DNA from: Octopus sinensis
Taxonomy: Eukaryota
Direction of reading: 5' to 3'
DNA length: 64,000 nt
Assembly (NCBI RefSeq): GCF_006345805.1
Contig: NC_043020.1
Coordinates: 10,602,001 to 10,666,000 of the forward strand
Shown: one piece after another, positions 52,707 through 64,000 of the stretch
Numbering within the stretch: position 1 is the stretch's first letter
How the letters are laid out: the number at the start of each line of letters is the position of its first letter
The notes under the pieces: model-generated
The model's database searches: none
What the model was told of the DNA's origin: nothing
What the model saw: the letters and a program-made list of their open reading frames with translations, nothing else
Position numbers and translations under genes: made by a program

Positions 52707-54539
52707 CAACTGTACAAATAGATACATATGCACAATCACTGATATATACACACACACTACCATATATATATCATCATCATCATCGTTTAGCGTCCGCTTT
52801 CCATGCTGGCATGGGTTGGACGGTTCAACTGGGGTCTGAGAAGCCAGAAGGCTGCACCAGGCCCAGTCTGATCTGGCAATGTTTCTACGGCTGGATGCCC
52901 TTCCTAACGCCAACCACTCCATGAGTGTAGTGGGTGCTTTTTAATTGCCACCGGCACGGAGGCCAGGCAAGGCTGGCAAATATATATATATATATATATT
53001 AGTTGATAAAAGAAACAAGATGAATTTAGTACAAATCTTTATTTTTACTAAATCCATCTTTCATTTCCTTCATCAACTATAAACTCAAGAAACACTGCAG
53101 ATTTTCTGATGTAGATCCAGTGAAAATTATATCATTATTGTAGATGACATCAGTTACCCTGAACAGTGAATGTGCTTTAACTGTCATACAAACAAACATA
53201 TACCCAAAGCCCAAATAGTTAAGAGTATACGTCAGCACACTTATGCAAGCATGAATATACACACATACATAGGATGAATCACTTGACTGACCCAACTACA
53301 ATATTATTAACCTACTACATATGTGGAAATCTGTGGGTGTGTTTGTGGTGTAATTATCTAATTTCTCCTACATCATTTTATCAATTTTAATGAAACTTGA
53401 CACGTGAGTAGAACTCAGGACTGAAATACTAGTGACATACTTAGATTGTTGAAAACAAAATTGATAATAGGGCCCCTGGAAAGGATTCTTATATCCACTA
53501 CATATAACTGATATATTATTTTGAAACATCCAAGGGAAATAACCCATTCGCTCCTGAAAGGGATCCTTATATATAGCCAAAAGAAATAACCCATTCATGT
53601 TCATAAATTATTTTGTATAAGTCAAAATGAGTATGCTTATTTCTTAGTATTTGAACTGAGTTATTTTTGCAATTTATCCAGTACAATGCTTAAACAAGTA
53701 AATGGTATTTTCCTAAACAATAGATCCACTTATTTCAGTTAGTGACTTATTCACGAATATACGAACACTAGCGCCGCTGAGGGTAATATTCTCTGGGACA
53801 CACAAAAGCTTTTTTCAGACTTATTTATTTTGAACTGTTATTATCTCATATCTGATTATCCTGTTATTACATAACATGCTTCACGATTTTAGTATGCATA
53901 CTTTATTACTATTTCCTCCTAAGTTCTATATACTCTGGGAATGTATTGAAGCCCTTTTCAAGGCTACTTTATTTGAATTCTTACTATCAGGTAAATAAAT
54001 TTCATGTTATTACATAACTGACTTCACAATTTTGGTATTCATAACTTATTGGGAATTCCTAAAAACAAGATCCTGTGTAAGACAGTTCGGTATTCTCAAT
54101 AAATGCACAAAAACCGTTTTAGGGGCTACATACTTTGTATTGTTGTTACTGGATGCTGGTATATTTAATACATAGACAGGCAGGCAGAGAGAGAGAGAGA
54201 GAGAGAAAGAGAGATAGACAGACAGATGTAAATAGAATATATTTGATACATTTAACCCTTTCGTTACTGTATTTATTTTGTGATGCTCTGTGTTTCTTTC
54301 AATTACTTTAAATATAACAAAGAATTTAGTAAAATAACTTAGTTATCATTAAGCTAGTGTTAGGAACATAAATTGGGACTAAGGTTTGGTGGAAGATTTT
54401 AATTCAGAACTTATGAAAACAAGACATTTGTACTCAGAGCTAGAGCCGGTTTCAGCCGGGTTGGTAACGAAAGGGTTAATGATATTAAAACACCACATTT
54501 AAAAGTCACAAGTTTTGCACACTATTTCATTTGTTAGTA

Positions 54540-54775
54540 CAGTAATTCCATGCCATATTGTGGTTCACCTATTGCGGTTCACCTATCACAGTTTATTATT
54601 TAAGCTTACGTTGATTCCTCTGTGGTGTTGCTTTGCATTCATAATACAATAAATATATACAAATTATAAAAATAATTTTAAAAAAATATACAGTACAATA
54701 CTGTTTCTATTTCACAGGGTTTCACCTATCACAGGGGTTTTGGAACATAACACCCCTGATAGTCAAGGGATTACT
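54540..54775. mobile_element. Tigger/pogo-like MITE (degenerate)
   Basis: TA-CAGTAATTCC...GGGATTACTA-TA, imperfect TIRs. Confidence 0.55.
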
Positions 54776-56020
54776 ATATTTCAAATAGAAAAATTTAAAG
54801 TTTGATTCATAGAACATGATATCTGAATATTTGAGAAGAATAAATGAAGGGGAAATGTGAAATAAAAGCAGTTTTGGGTCTCAGTATACTTAAAACTTTG
54901 TAAGTTACTGTTTGGACGTGTGATATATTTTTAATTAGCGATTTGAATAAGGATATCAATCTAATATACACTGTCCCCAGTATATGTATTGTGTGGGAAA
55001 TATAGTACCCTAAGTATTCCGACAAATAAAGGTAAAGCTCTTTCAATAAGCACAATTTGATATCAAAACCTTTTTTTTTCAATTTCCTTTACTTGATTTC
55101 ATTGCACAGCAGCCATGCTAGAGCCCAGCCTTCAAGGGTTCTTGTAGGTCAGATCAAACACTACTTACGTCTTAAGTTAGGTACTTGGTGCAGGACAAGC
55201 ATATGCACTAAGCACAAAGACACACAAACATATGTAAAAAACATAACCAAACACACACACACATATATTTATATACATGATAGGCTTCTACACAGTTTCC
55301 ATCAACCAAATTGATTTGCAAGGCATTAAGGCGTTATTCAACCTGAGAATATAATAAAAGATGCTTGCCCCATGTGCCATTCAGTGGGACTGAACCCAAA
55401 ATCACATGGTTGTAAAGTGAGCTTCTTAACCACACAGCTAGAGAACAAACAAAATATTTTCTATTTTCTGAAGACACGACTATTAAACAAGAAATTATAA
55501 AAGTATATTTAAAAGAACAACTCCTGCAGACAATCCAAAAATAAGAAGAAGAATAGGATCTATCAAGCTGAAATATTTATATGAAAAGAAACACTTGACT
55601 GAGCCGAAAGGTGGTGCAATGTTTGTTTTGTAATATGTGGACAAGATTGAATTGTCTCTAGCATGCATGTATAGCCGAAATTGCTAGGATGATCCGGTTC
55701 TTGACTGAAGATTGAAGGCTTCGAATGTCCCGTCCGTGTTTTTTGTATCGTCTTCTAAATGTTTTACGTTCTTGTCCCAGTTTGTATTATAATATATATA
55801 TATATATATATACTCTTTACTCTTTTTACTTGTTTCAGTCATTTGACTGCAGCCATGCTGGAGCACTGTCTTTAATCGAGCAACTTGACCCCGGGACTTA
55901 TTCTATCGGTCACTTTTGCTGAACCGCTAAGTGACGGGGACGTAAACACACCAGCATTGGTTGTCAAGCAACGCTAGGGGGACAAACACAGACACACAAA
56001 CATACACGTAACATACACGC

Positions 56021-56053
<33 letters not shown>

Positions 56054-56217
56054 TAAATTTGTATATATACATATATATACACATATATATATATACACAC
56101 ACATATATATATACATACATATTAGGCTTCCAATGACTTTGTCTGTTTTCAGTGTTCTTCCCTTTGTGTATTTCACGTTCTATATATAAATTTTTATTCC
56201 TATATATACATATACAT

Positions 56218-56248
<31 letters not shown>

Positions 56249-56822
56249 TAATATATATATATATATAAAATATATATAAAAATACAAAATGAGACAAAAA
56301 CGCAAAACACTCAAATAGATGACACAAAAAACAGACGGGTCATTCGAAGCCTCTAATCTTCAGTCAAGAACCGGATCCTCCTCACACAACTGGTACTTAT
56401 TTAATCGACCCCAAAAGGATGGAAAGCAAAATCGACCATGGCAGAATTTGAACTCAGGACATAATGGCAGCCCAAATACCGCTAAGCATTTTACCTAGTA
56501 TGCCAATGATTCTGCCAGCTCACCGCCCTAATAATAAAGTAAATACTGAATTAAAAAACCTTTTGAATAGAAAAAGCAGAAGGCAGCCCTTATGCTTGTG
56601 ACTTGAACCTATATCTACAGTAAACATGATACCCAGTCTACCATCATCATCATCATCATTTAACCATTGGATCAAAAAGGTAGCTCCATCCAAAATGGAG
56701 GTGATTACTAGCATTTTTAAGTGGAATGCTTGAAAAATTATGGAAATTCTTTCCATATGAACCACTGGTAGCTCTGTCATTCACAAATAAAGTACCCACA
56801 CACAAGATTTTTTATTAATTAC

Positions 56823-56918
56823 TACAGCTGTTTCGATCCATCTAACATTGATCCCTCATGGGTGGGACACTTAACAACTGGTTCAGGAGTATCCGACGAT
56901 GCAGATGTATCTCTTCAG
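56823..56918 (-). ncRNA. Hammerhead-like motif with long stem II insert
   Basis: CUGAAGA-GAUaCAUCU...AGAUGgAUC-GAAA-CAGCUG-UA. Stem I is poorly paired. Confidence 0.45.
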
Positions 56919-58287
56919 CTCATAAATAGATATAACTAATTAAAATAATAGTTCCACAATATATCTTCTTAGTTCATGTAAAGAGAAGCAGTTAATTAAA
57001 GGATAGAGCTTCGTTTACATTAAAGACAAATAACAAATTAACAGATACAAAAGAAAAAAAGAAATGAGCACACAGTATATATATTATAACATAATAAATC
57101 GCAAGCTAACCTGGTAGCTAACCGATAAAGCATGTTCATTTTCAGTGATAGAAGATATGAGAACGTTTATTGATCACTGCCATTGCAGTGATCAATAAAC
57201 ATTCCCGTATCTTCAATTTTTCATATCTCTAATTAATCATATATATATACATACATACATGCATACATACATACATAAATGGCATTTCTGTCTGTCTGTT
57301 ACAAACTTAGTGTCCAAACCACCAAACCAATATTCATGAAACTTTACATACATGTGACACTAACATCCAGTTCAATAATAGGCTAATTGGATTTCAATAA
57401 AAATCTATAATATTCCCCCCCCCCTTACCAGGAGTGTTAGGCAAATTATATGATAAAATGAGAAGACTGCAAAAAATATAAGTCTGAGGTAGTAACAGAG
57501 GGAGGGTGACTTATATCAGTGAAGGTGACAACAGCAGTAAGAATGGGATGATAACGTTAACAAAGCTGTCATATACAAGCAATGCTGTATACATACTTTC
57601 GTAAATACATAGATACAACACACACACATACAGAAAGGTGGGTATCAGGAATACATAACTTTAAGGTGGCTTTTCTGTTGTCCACCGCAAAGAAACACTC
57701 AGACACAAACACACACATACGTCTACTATTCACCATTTGAAACTCCTGATTGACTGTGTGTACTTTTGTAAATGTGTGTGTGTATGCATCCTATAACTGT
57801 CTGTCTATCTACTTTTGTAGAGTCTTCGCTGTTGCTGTCACATATTGTAAGATTTTAAAATTACATGAAAATTTTCCAATTTGGTATATTGAAAACATTC
57901 TCTATGTTAAACCCGATTCTGTTATTTATTTGTTCCTAACATCTAGTTGAATTATAGGCGAATTGGATTTTAATAAAAATCCATAATGGGCCCTCTAGGG
58001 CGGAAGGCTGTAGAATATGTTTATAAATCAGTTACAATAAGCTACGACATGTGACAACAGCAGCTAAAATACACAGACTATTTGTCAATGTATTTGTAAA
58101 TCCATCTATTTATCTAATTTATTTTTCTCAAATGCACATTCATTCGTTAATGGCTTAATTACACCTAATTGATTCTAAAATTTATATATTGACATAGGGC
58201 ATGAAACAATGTAATGGGAATGGGAACTGGAAAAAACCCCTGCTTTTCCGAGGATTACTGGTTAATTAAGCTAGTGTGTATATATAT

Positions 58288-58323
<36 letters not shown>

Positions 58324-58542
58324 AAGCACCGTCCGTTCGTGGCCGTTTGCCAGCTCTGTCTGGCACCTGTGCAGGTGGCACGTAAAAAACACCCACTACA
58401 CTCGCGGAGTGGTTGGCGTTAGGAAGGGCATCCAGCCGTAGAAACACTGCCAGATCTGACGAAGCCTTCCAGCTTCACAGACCCCAGTTGACCCGTCCAA
58501 CCCATGCTAGCATGGAAGGCGGACGCTAAATGATGATGATGA

Positions 58543-58592
<50 letters not shown>

Positions 58593-59143
58593 CTACATAA
58601 TGTTGTGTCTGGTGAGGGTCATTCTCTTTTAGCGCCTTATTATTTAACACATTCACCAGTTTAGTTTCCAGTCATTTACTTATTTATTTTTCTTAAAATG
58701 AATAAGTAAATGAGTGGAAGTTGAACCGGTGAGTGTGTTAAATAATAAGGCACTAAAAGAGAATGACCCTCACCAGATGCAACAAAATATGCTTCAACAC
58801 ATGAACTCATATAAAGTATCTTGCAAACTACATATATATACATATATATACATACATATATACAACATACATATATATATTACACACACATATATATAAT
58901 ATATATATATATATACACACAACACACACACATATATATATATAAATACATATATATATGTATGCATGTATATATATATATATATATGTGTGTTGCTAGG
59001 ATGTATAAAAACTAATTAACCAACATTGGTGTCAGAGGTGTGGAGGTAATCCTCACATACTGGAAATACTAAAGCCTAATTATAAAAAAAACAAAAAAAA
59101 AACAATATAAACTAAAAAAGAAAGGATAGTTCTTATGGCTTAC

Positions 59144-59325
59144 CAGTGGTAGAAAGTTCATCAAAGAGTTACAAAAGAGCTGGTTCATTAAATATGATGA
59201 ACAACCAGATGTCCAGGATAAATCCAAGCTGACGAGTTGTGTTGGGTCCAACCATTTGAAGAGCAGGCGCACACCAGCGGATTCCAGTTTGTTGCAAGAG
59301 ACATCCACATGTTGAAGATAGCAAG
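59144..59325 (-). CDS. TONSL: TONSL-like exon (CYLQHVDVSCNKLESAGVRLLFKWLDPTQLVSLDLSWTSGCSSYLMNQLFCNSLMNFLPL)
   Basis: tttccAG/GTaagc. Two ribonuclease-inhibitor-like LRR units. Phases 1 to 0. Confidence 0.82.
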
Positions 59326-62300
59326 CTGGAAATGGGAGAAAGAGAGAGAAAGATTAAAAGAGAATATATTATATAAAATAGGTGGCGAGCTGGCAGAGTG
59401 GTTAGCACGCCGGGCGAAATGCGTAGCCATATTTCGTCTGCCGTTACGTTCTGAGTTCAAATTCCGCCGAGGTCGACTTTGCCTTTCATCCTTTCGGGGT
59501 CGATAAATTAAGTACCAGTTACGCACTGGGGTTGATGTAATCGACTTAATACCTATGTCTGTCCTTGTTTGTCTCCTCTGTGTGTAGCCCCCTGTGGGTA
59601 GTAAAGAAATAGGTATTTCATCTGCTGCTACGTTCTGAGTTCAAATTCCGCCAAGGTCGACTTTGCCTTTCATCCTTCCAGGGTCGATAAATTAAGTACC
59701 AGTTACGCACTGGGGTCGATGTAATCGAAATAATCCCTTTGTCTGTCCTTGTTTGTCCTCTCTGTGTTTAGCCCCTTGTGGGTAGTAAAGAAATATATAT
59801 TATATAAAATATTGGTGCTGGAGTGACTATTGGTGCAGGCATGGCTGTGTGGTAATAAGTTTGCTTTACAACCACATGGTCCTGGGTTTAACAGATTTGT
59901 ATGTACGTAGAGAGTAGAAAAGGTGTTTTCATCAGCTGACATTATGTAATAGGTATGTACTATGAGTTTGATTTACCACTAAAGCTCTGTCTTGAAATGC
60001 ATCTGCAAAAATGTGATGCCAAGACTGCCTATTGAAGGCGGCAATAACTTTATTACCATTATTATTATTTTTGTCCCTTTTTTGTTATAATTAATTTTTG
60101 TCAGCCCTTGTGGCCAATAAAAGAATTAATTATTATTATTATTATTATTAGTATTACTATTATTGAGTGAGAGAGCAGTACATGTCATCAAAGTGACACT
60201 GGGTTAAAATATACGAAGCCCAGTATACCCATCATGACTACCTGTCTTATAAGGGTGCACCAGGCACATTCATCACAACCATGTGTGCAACATAGTAAAC
60301 TCATATCAAGACAAACAGCGCATGACCTTGCAGGTGGGGCCCAGTTAGGATTTTTTTCAGGTCAAGTAGCCCATCCCACTCAAATGGTCCTTGAATAAGG
60401 GTTGTTTAAATATGTTGAATGAAACACCCATGTTTCCAGAGGTGAATTATTTAAACTCCAAAGAATTCCTCTCAACACATGGCTATGATGCTCCCCCACT
60501 ACTTCGGCTCCTGATCAGAGACGCACATATTTAATTCTTTATTGCCCACAAGGGGTTACACATAGAGGGGACAAACAAGGACAGATAAACAGATTAAGTT
60601 GATTACATCGACCCCGTGCGTAACTGGTACTTATTTAATCGACCCCAAAAGGATGAAAGGTAAAGTTAGCCTCAGCGGAATTTGAACTCAGAACATAGCG
60701 GCAGACGAAATACCTATTTCTTTATTACCCACAAGGGGCTAAACATAGAGTGGACAAACATGGACAGACTAAGGGATTAAGTCGATTACATCGACCCCAG
60801 TGCGTAACTGGTACTTAATTTATTGACTCTGAAAGGATGAAAGGCAAAGTCGACCTCAGTGGAATTTGAACTCAGAACGTAACAGCAGACGAAATACCGT
60901 TAAGCATTTTGCCAGGCGTGCTTAATATTCTGCTAGCTTGCTCCCTTTGGAAGTTTATGTATGTATGCATCTTTACATTTGCAATTTAATATATTAATTA
61001 AAATATGAGCTGCACATAAAGGACATGCTCAACTGGTTACGGTCAAACAACTGACAAGCAAATCTGTGGTACTGAGTCATCGGCCGACCAAAGCCATGTC
61101 AGTGGATTTGATTGTTGGAAACAGAAAGGAGTCTATCCTATATCTATGTATTTACGTGTGAGTATTTGTGCTTGTGTTTGGTCCCCCTCCCCCATCACTT
61201 AAAAACTGATGTTGGTGTGTTTACGTCCCTGTAACTAAGTGGTTTGGCAGAAGATATTGATAGAATAAGCACCTGGCTTACAAAGAATAAGTCCAGGGGG
61301 CGATTTCTTGAACTAAAAGGCAGTACTGCAACATGGCCACACTAAAATAACTGAAACAAGTAACAGAGTAAAAGAGTAATATATATATATATATATATAC
61401 ATATACATGTGTATATATATATATGGGTGTGTGCGTGTATACATATATATGAGTGTAAATATATATAGATACACATATATGTGTGTGTGTGTGTGTGTGT
61501 GTGAAGAAATAATTGAGATTCAGTTGAATTAGGTACTTAAGTTGAAGTACTAAGTCAACCCAGTATTATCTGCACAGCTTGAAGTAAGGTGAATAAAATC
61601 AAAATAAGCAACAGGATATCAAGTAGTAACGCAGTACGACCTTTTCAAGCAACTCCATTTAATTGAACAATGCAATCACTACATCAATTTAAGTGCAGTG
61701 CTATCATCAGCTGCACAAATAAATAGAATTTTAACCAGTTGAACACATTAATATAATTTTTCCCACTTACAAGAATGGCATGAAACCCACTGGGGTCATA
61801 GTCTGTAAAGGATTGAGGTACATTTTTAATTTATTTGTCTTTTTATCAACTACTAAATCTAAGACTAGAAGAATGTGTCTGTTTAGAATGAAGGGCAAGG
61901 GTGAGTTGACAGCTCCTGGCTAGGTATGGTCATAAATATTGTCATATGTATCCCTTTTCCTCAGGGAGGGAAGAAGACATTAGGAGTAGTAAATTGGATA
62001 TGGAGTAAATGTCTATAAAAGGAGGCTGGGTAGGGGAAGGCTCTAAATCATAATGTTAATTACCAGTTAAAGGGGCAAGACACTAATAAAACCTATGATG
62101 TTAATACAGAGGAAATTTTATCTTGGGGTACTACGGGTGATTGTTTATAAACAATATTGTTATCATAAGGGGGATCAGCCATCTGAATGTGGCTAGGGTC
62201 AGGGCGGGGTGGTGGGGGTGTTACTGATGCATTTAGCCCCAGGCGAACATCAACGTCACCAGAAGAGCTGACACCATCTCGGTGTCCTTGCCAGCCTGCA

Positions 62301-62335
62301 AAGGGAGATCAGCCTCCCCGAAGATACGGATACCA

Positions 62336-62378
62336 CATACAGACCGGTTTCGAGGTTATTGCCTCTTGTCAACGTATG
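62336..62378 (-). ncRNA. Minimal type I hammerhead ribozyme motif, second tandem copy
   Basis: Same as the 62694 copy, except the 3' strand of stem I is UGUAUG (G-U wobble). Confidence 0.78.
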
Positions 62379-62693
62379 GTAAGCACCGCTCTTCGTTGAG
62401 GGACTTCCTCTACAGGCTGGATGTATAGATTTTCACAGTAACCACAGTCACTGGCGTAGAAAATCCGTTCGAAAACAATAATAAATCTCTGAGCGAGATA
62501 TGAACAGTAACTGCTCTATAACATAAGGGGGATCAGCCATCTGAATGTGGCTAGGGTCAGGGCAGGGTGGAGGGCGTGTTACTGATGCATTTAGCCCCAG
62601 GCGAACATCAACGTCACCAGAAGAGCTGACACCATCTCGGTGTCCTTGCCAGCCTGCAAAGGGAGATCAGCCTCCCCGAAGATACGGATACTA

Positions 62694-62736
62694 CATACGG
62701 ACCGGTTTCGAGGTTATTGCCTCTTGTCAACGTATG
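62694..62736 (-). ncRNA. Minimal type I hammerhead ribozyme motif, U3:A8 variant
   Basis: CAUACG-UUGACAA-GAGG(caauaa)CCUC-GAAA-CCGG-UC-CGUAUG. Perfect 6-bp stem I, 4-bp stem II and palindromic stem III. Confidence 0.8.
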
Positions 62737-63384
62737 GTAAGCACCGCTCTTCATGTTGTATAAAAATAAAATTTGAGATGATCAAAAATGATATCATAAC
62801 CAAAATAGGTAAAATGTATGTATATATTAATTATCAACATTCAGTGCCGGTGACAAGTAAGCGAACCATCCGATCATGGCCGTTGCCAGCGCCGCCCCGA
62901 CTAGCCTGCATGCCGGTGGCACGTAAAAAGCACCATCCGTTCGTGGCCATTGCCAGCCTTGCCTGGCCCCCGTGCCGGTGGCACGTAAAAAGCACCATCC
63001 GTCCGTGGCTGTTTGCCAGCTCCGTCTGGCACCTGTGCGGGTGGCACGTAAAAAGTACCCACTACACTCATGGAGTGGTTGGCGTTAGGAAGGGCATCCA
63101 GCTGTAGAAACACTGCCAGATCAGACTGGAGCCTGGTGCAGCCTTCTGGCTTCCCAGGTCCCCGGTCGAACCGTCCAACCCATGCTAGCATGGAAAGCGG
63201 ACGCTAAATGATGATGATGATGATTCGAAAGGAAATATTACATAGAACCAGTTTAATATTCATTCATGTCCCTTAATTATTTATCAGGTGGTTTCTATAA
63301 AGACTGCTCAGGTCATTTACTTATGGAATACTGGAAAGATAAACATGCTATATATATATTAATTATAAGCCAAGAATCAGAAAA

Positions 63385-63850
63385 ATAAAGATGTGTACAG
63401 ACACACACACATATTTATCTATGTGTGCACAGGCCAAAATATTTACACATTTATATGGATATAATATAACCATCTTGTATAGACTTAAGTAACTGAAAAG
63501 TATCTACTTATGAACAAGAAAAATAACAATTTATAAGAGATAAAAGGTTAATAGGTTATGCACATATATGCATATATACACATATACAAATATTTACACA
63601 TTTATATGGATATAATATAACCATCTCGTATAGACTTAAGTAACTGAAAAGTATCTATTTACGAATAAGAAAAATAACAATTTAGAAAGGATAAAAGGTT
63701 AATAGGTTATGCACATATATGCATATAAACACATACAAATATTTATCCATTTATATGGACATAGTATAACCATCTCGCATAGACCTAAGTAGCTGAAAAA
63801 TCTCTATTTATGATCAGTAACAATTTATAAGGGATAAGAGGTTAATAGGT
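63385..63850. repeat. ~140-bp tandem repeat x3
   Basis: aaatatttacacatttatatggatataatataaccatct...aaaggttaatagg is repeated. Confidence 0.9.
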
Positions 63851-64000
63851 AAGGATATCAAAATAAGAAAACAAAATGATAAGGTTTATGATGTGAGGCT
63901 TGGCTGTGATCGGTAGGCATTCTGGCCTTGATAAATTCTGTTTGACCCATGGAAAAGTGGGCGCTTAAACAATAACGATGATGATAACTGGGAAGGCTAT

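Noticed and set aside
55700-55735. CUGAAGA...GAAU hammerhead-like string in inverted arms 55690/56378
   Set aside because: Stem II cannot form a viable loop and GAAA is absent. Kept only as a fold-back.
57285-58275. Possible Helitron-like element ending CTAG|T, with internal inverted similarity
   Set aside because: 5' end and subterminal hairpin are too degenerate to call.
59977-60002. Possible 26-nt TONSL microexon on - (ttttgcAG...GTaaat)
   Set aside because: The attractive reading (AFQDRALV) ends in phase 0 while the next exon needs phase 1. The phase-compatible frame has no recognisable similarity.
488-63191. Many 60-150 aa track ORFs (e.g. GLLSVSVYQIHSQG, LQLDALPNANHS, YIYIYI)
   Set aside because: Chance frames in SINEs, RTE 3' UTRs and TA/TG repeats that recur with each repeat copy.

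Overview
Eukaryotic, AT-rich, repeat-dense DNA. The SINE/LINE families and the (TA)n/(AAT)n load suggest an octopod cephalopod (inference). Two genes missed by the ORF track can be spliced by hand with consistent GT-AG phases. One is the 3' part of a Dachs-type unconventional myosin on + (9 exons, 9913-41372: motor C-terminus, converter, IQ motif, Dachs-like tail). The other is the last three exons of a convergent LRR gene on -, most like TONSL (59325-46601). Introns hold tRNA-derived SINEs, RTE/CR1/R4/Hero LINE fragments, a deleted mariner, MITEs, Helitron pieces and several Penelope-like elements (PLEs). The main hidden signal is a set of minimal hammerhead ribozyme motifs in PLE-type terminal repeats and in fold-back inserts sitting in (TA)n tracts. 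Two families carry the compensatory U3:A8 core, one carries U4C, and a tandem pair 358 nt apart lies in sense orientation in a probable TONSL intron. Homology calls are from recalled motifs, not database searches, and no ribozyme activity is demonstrated.
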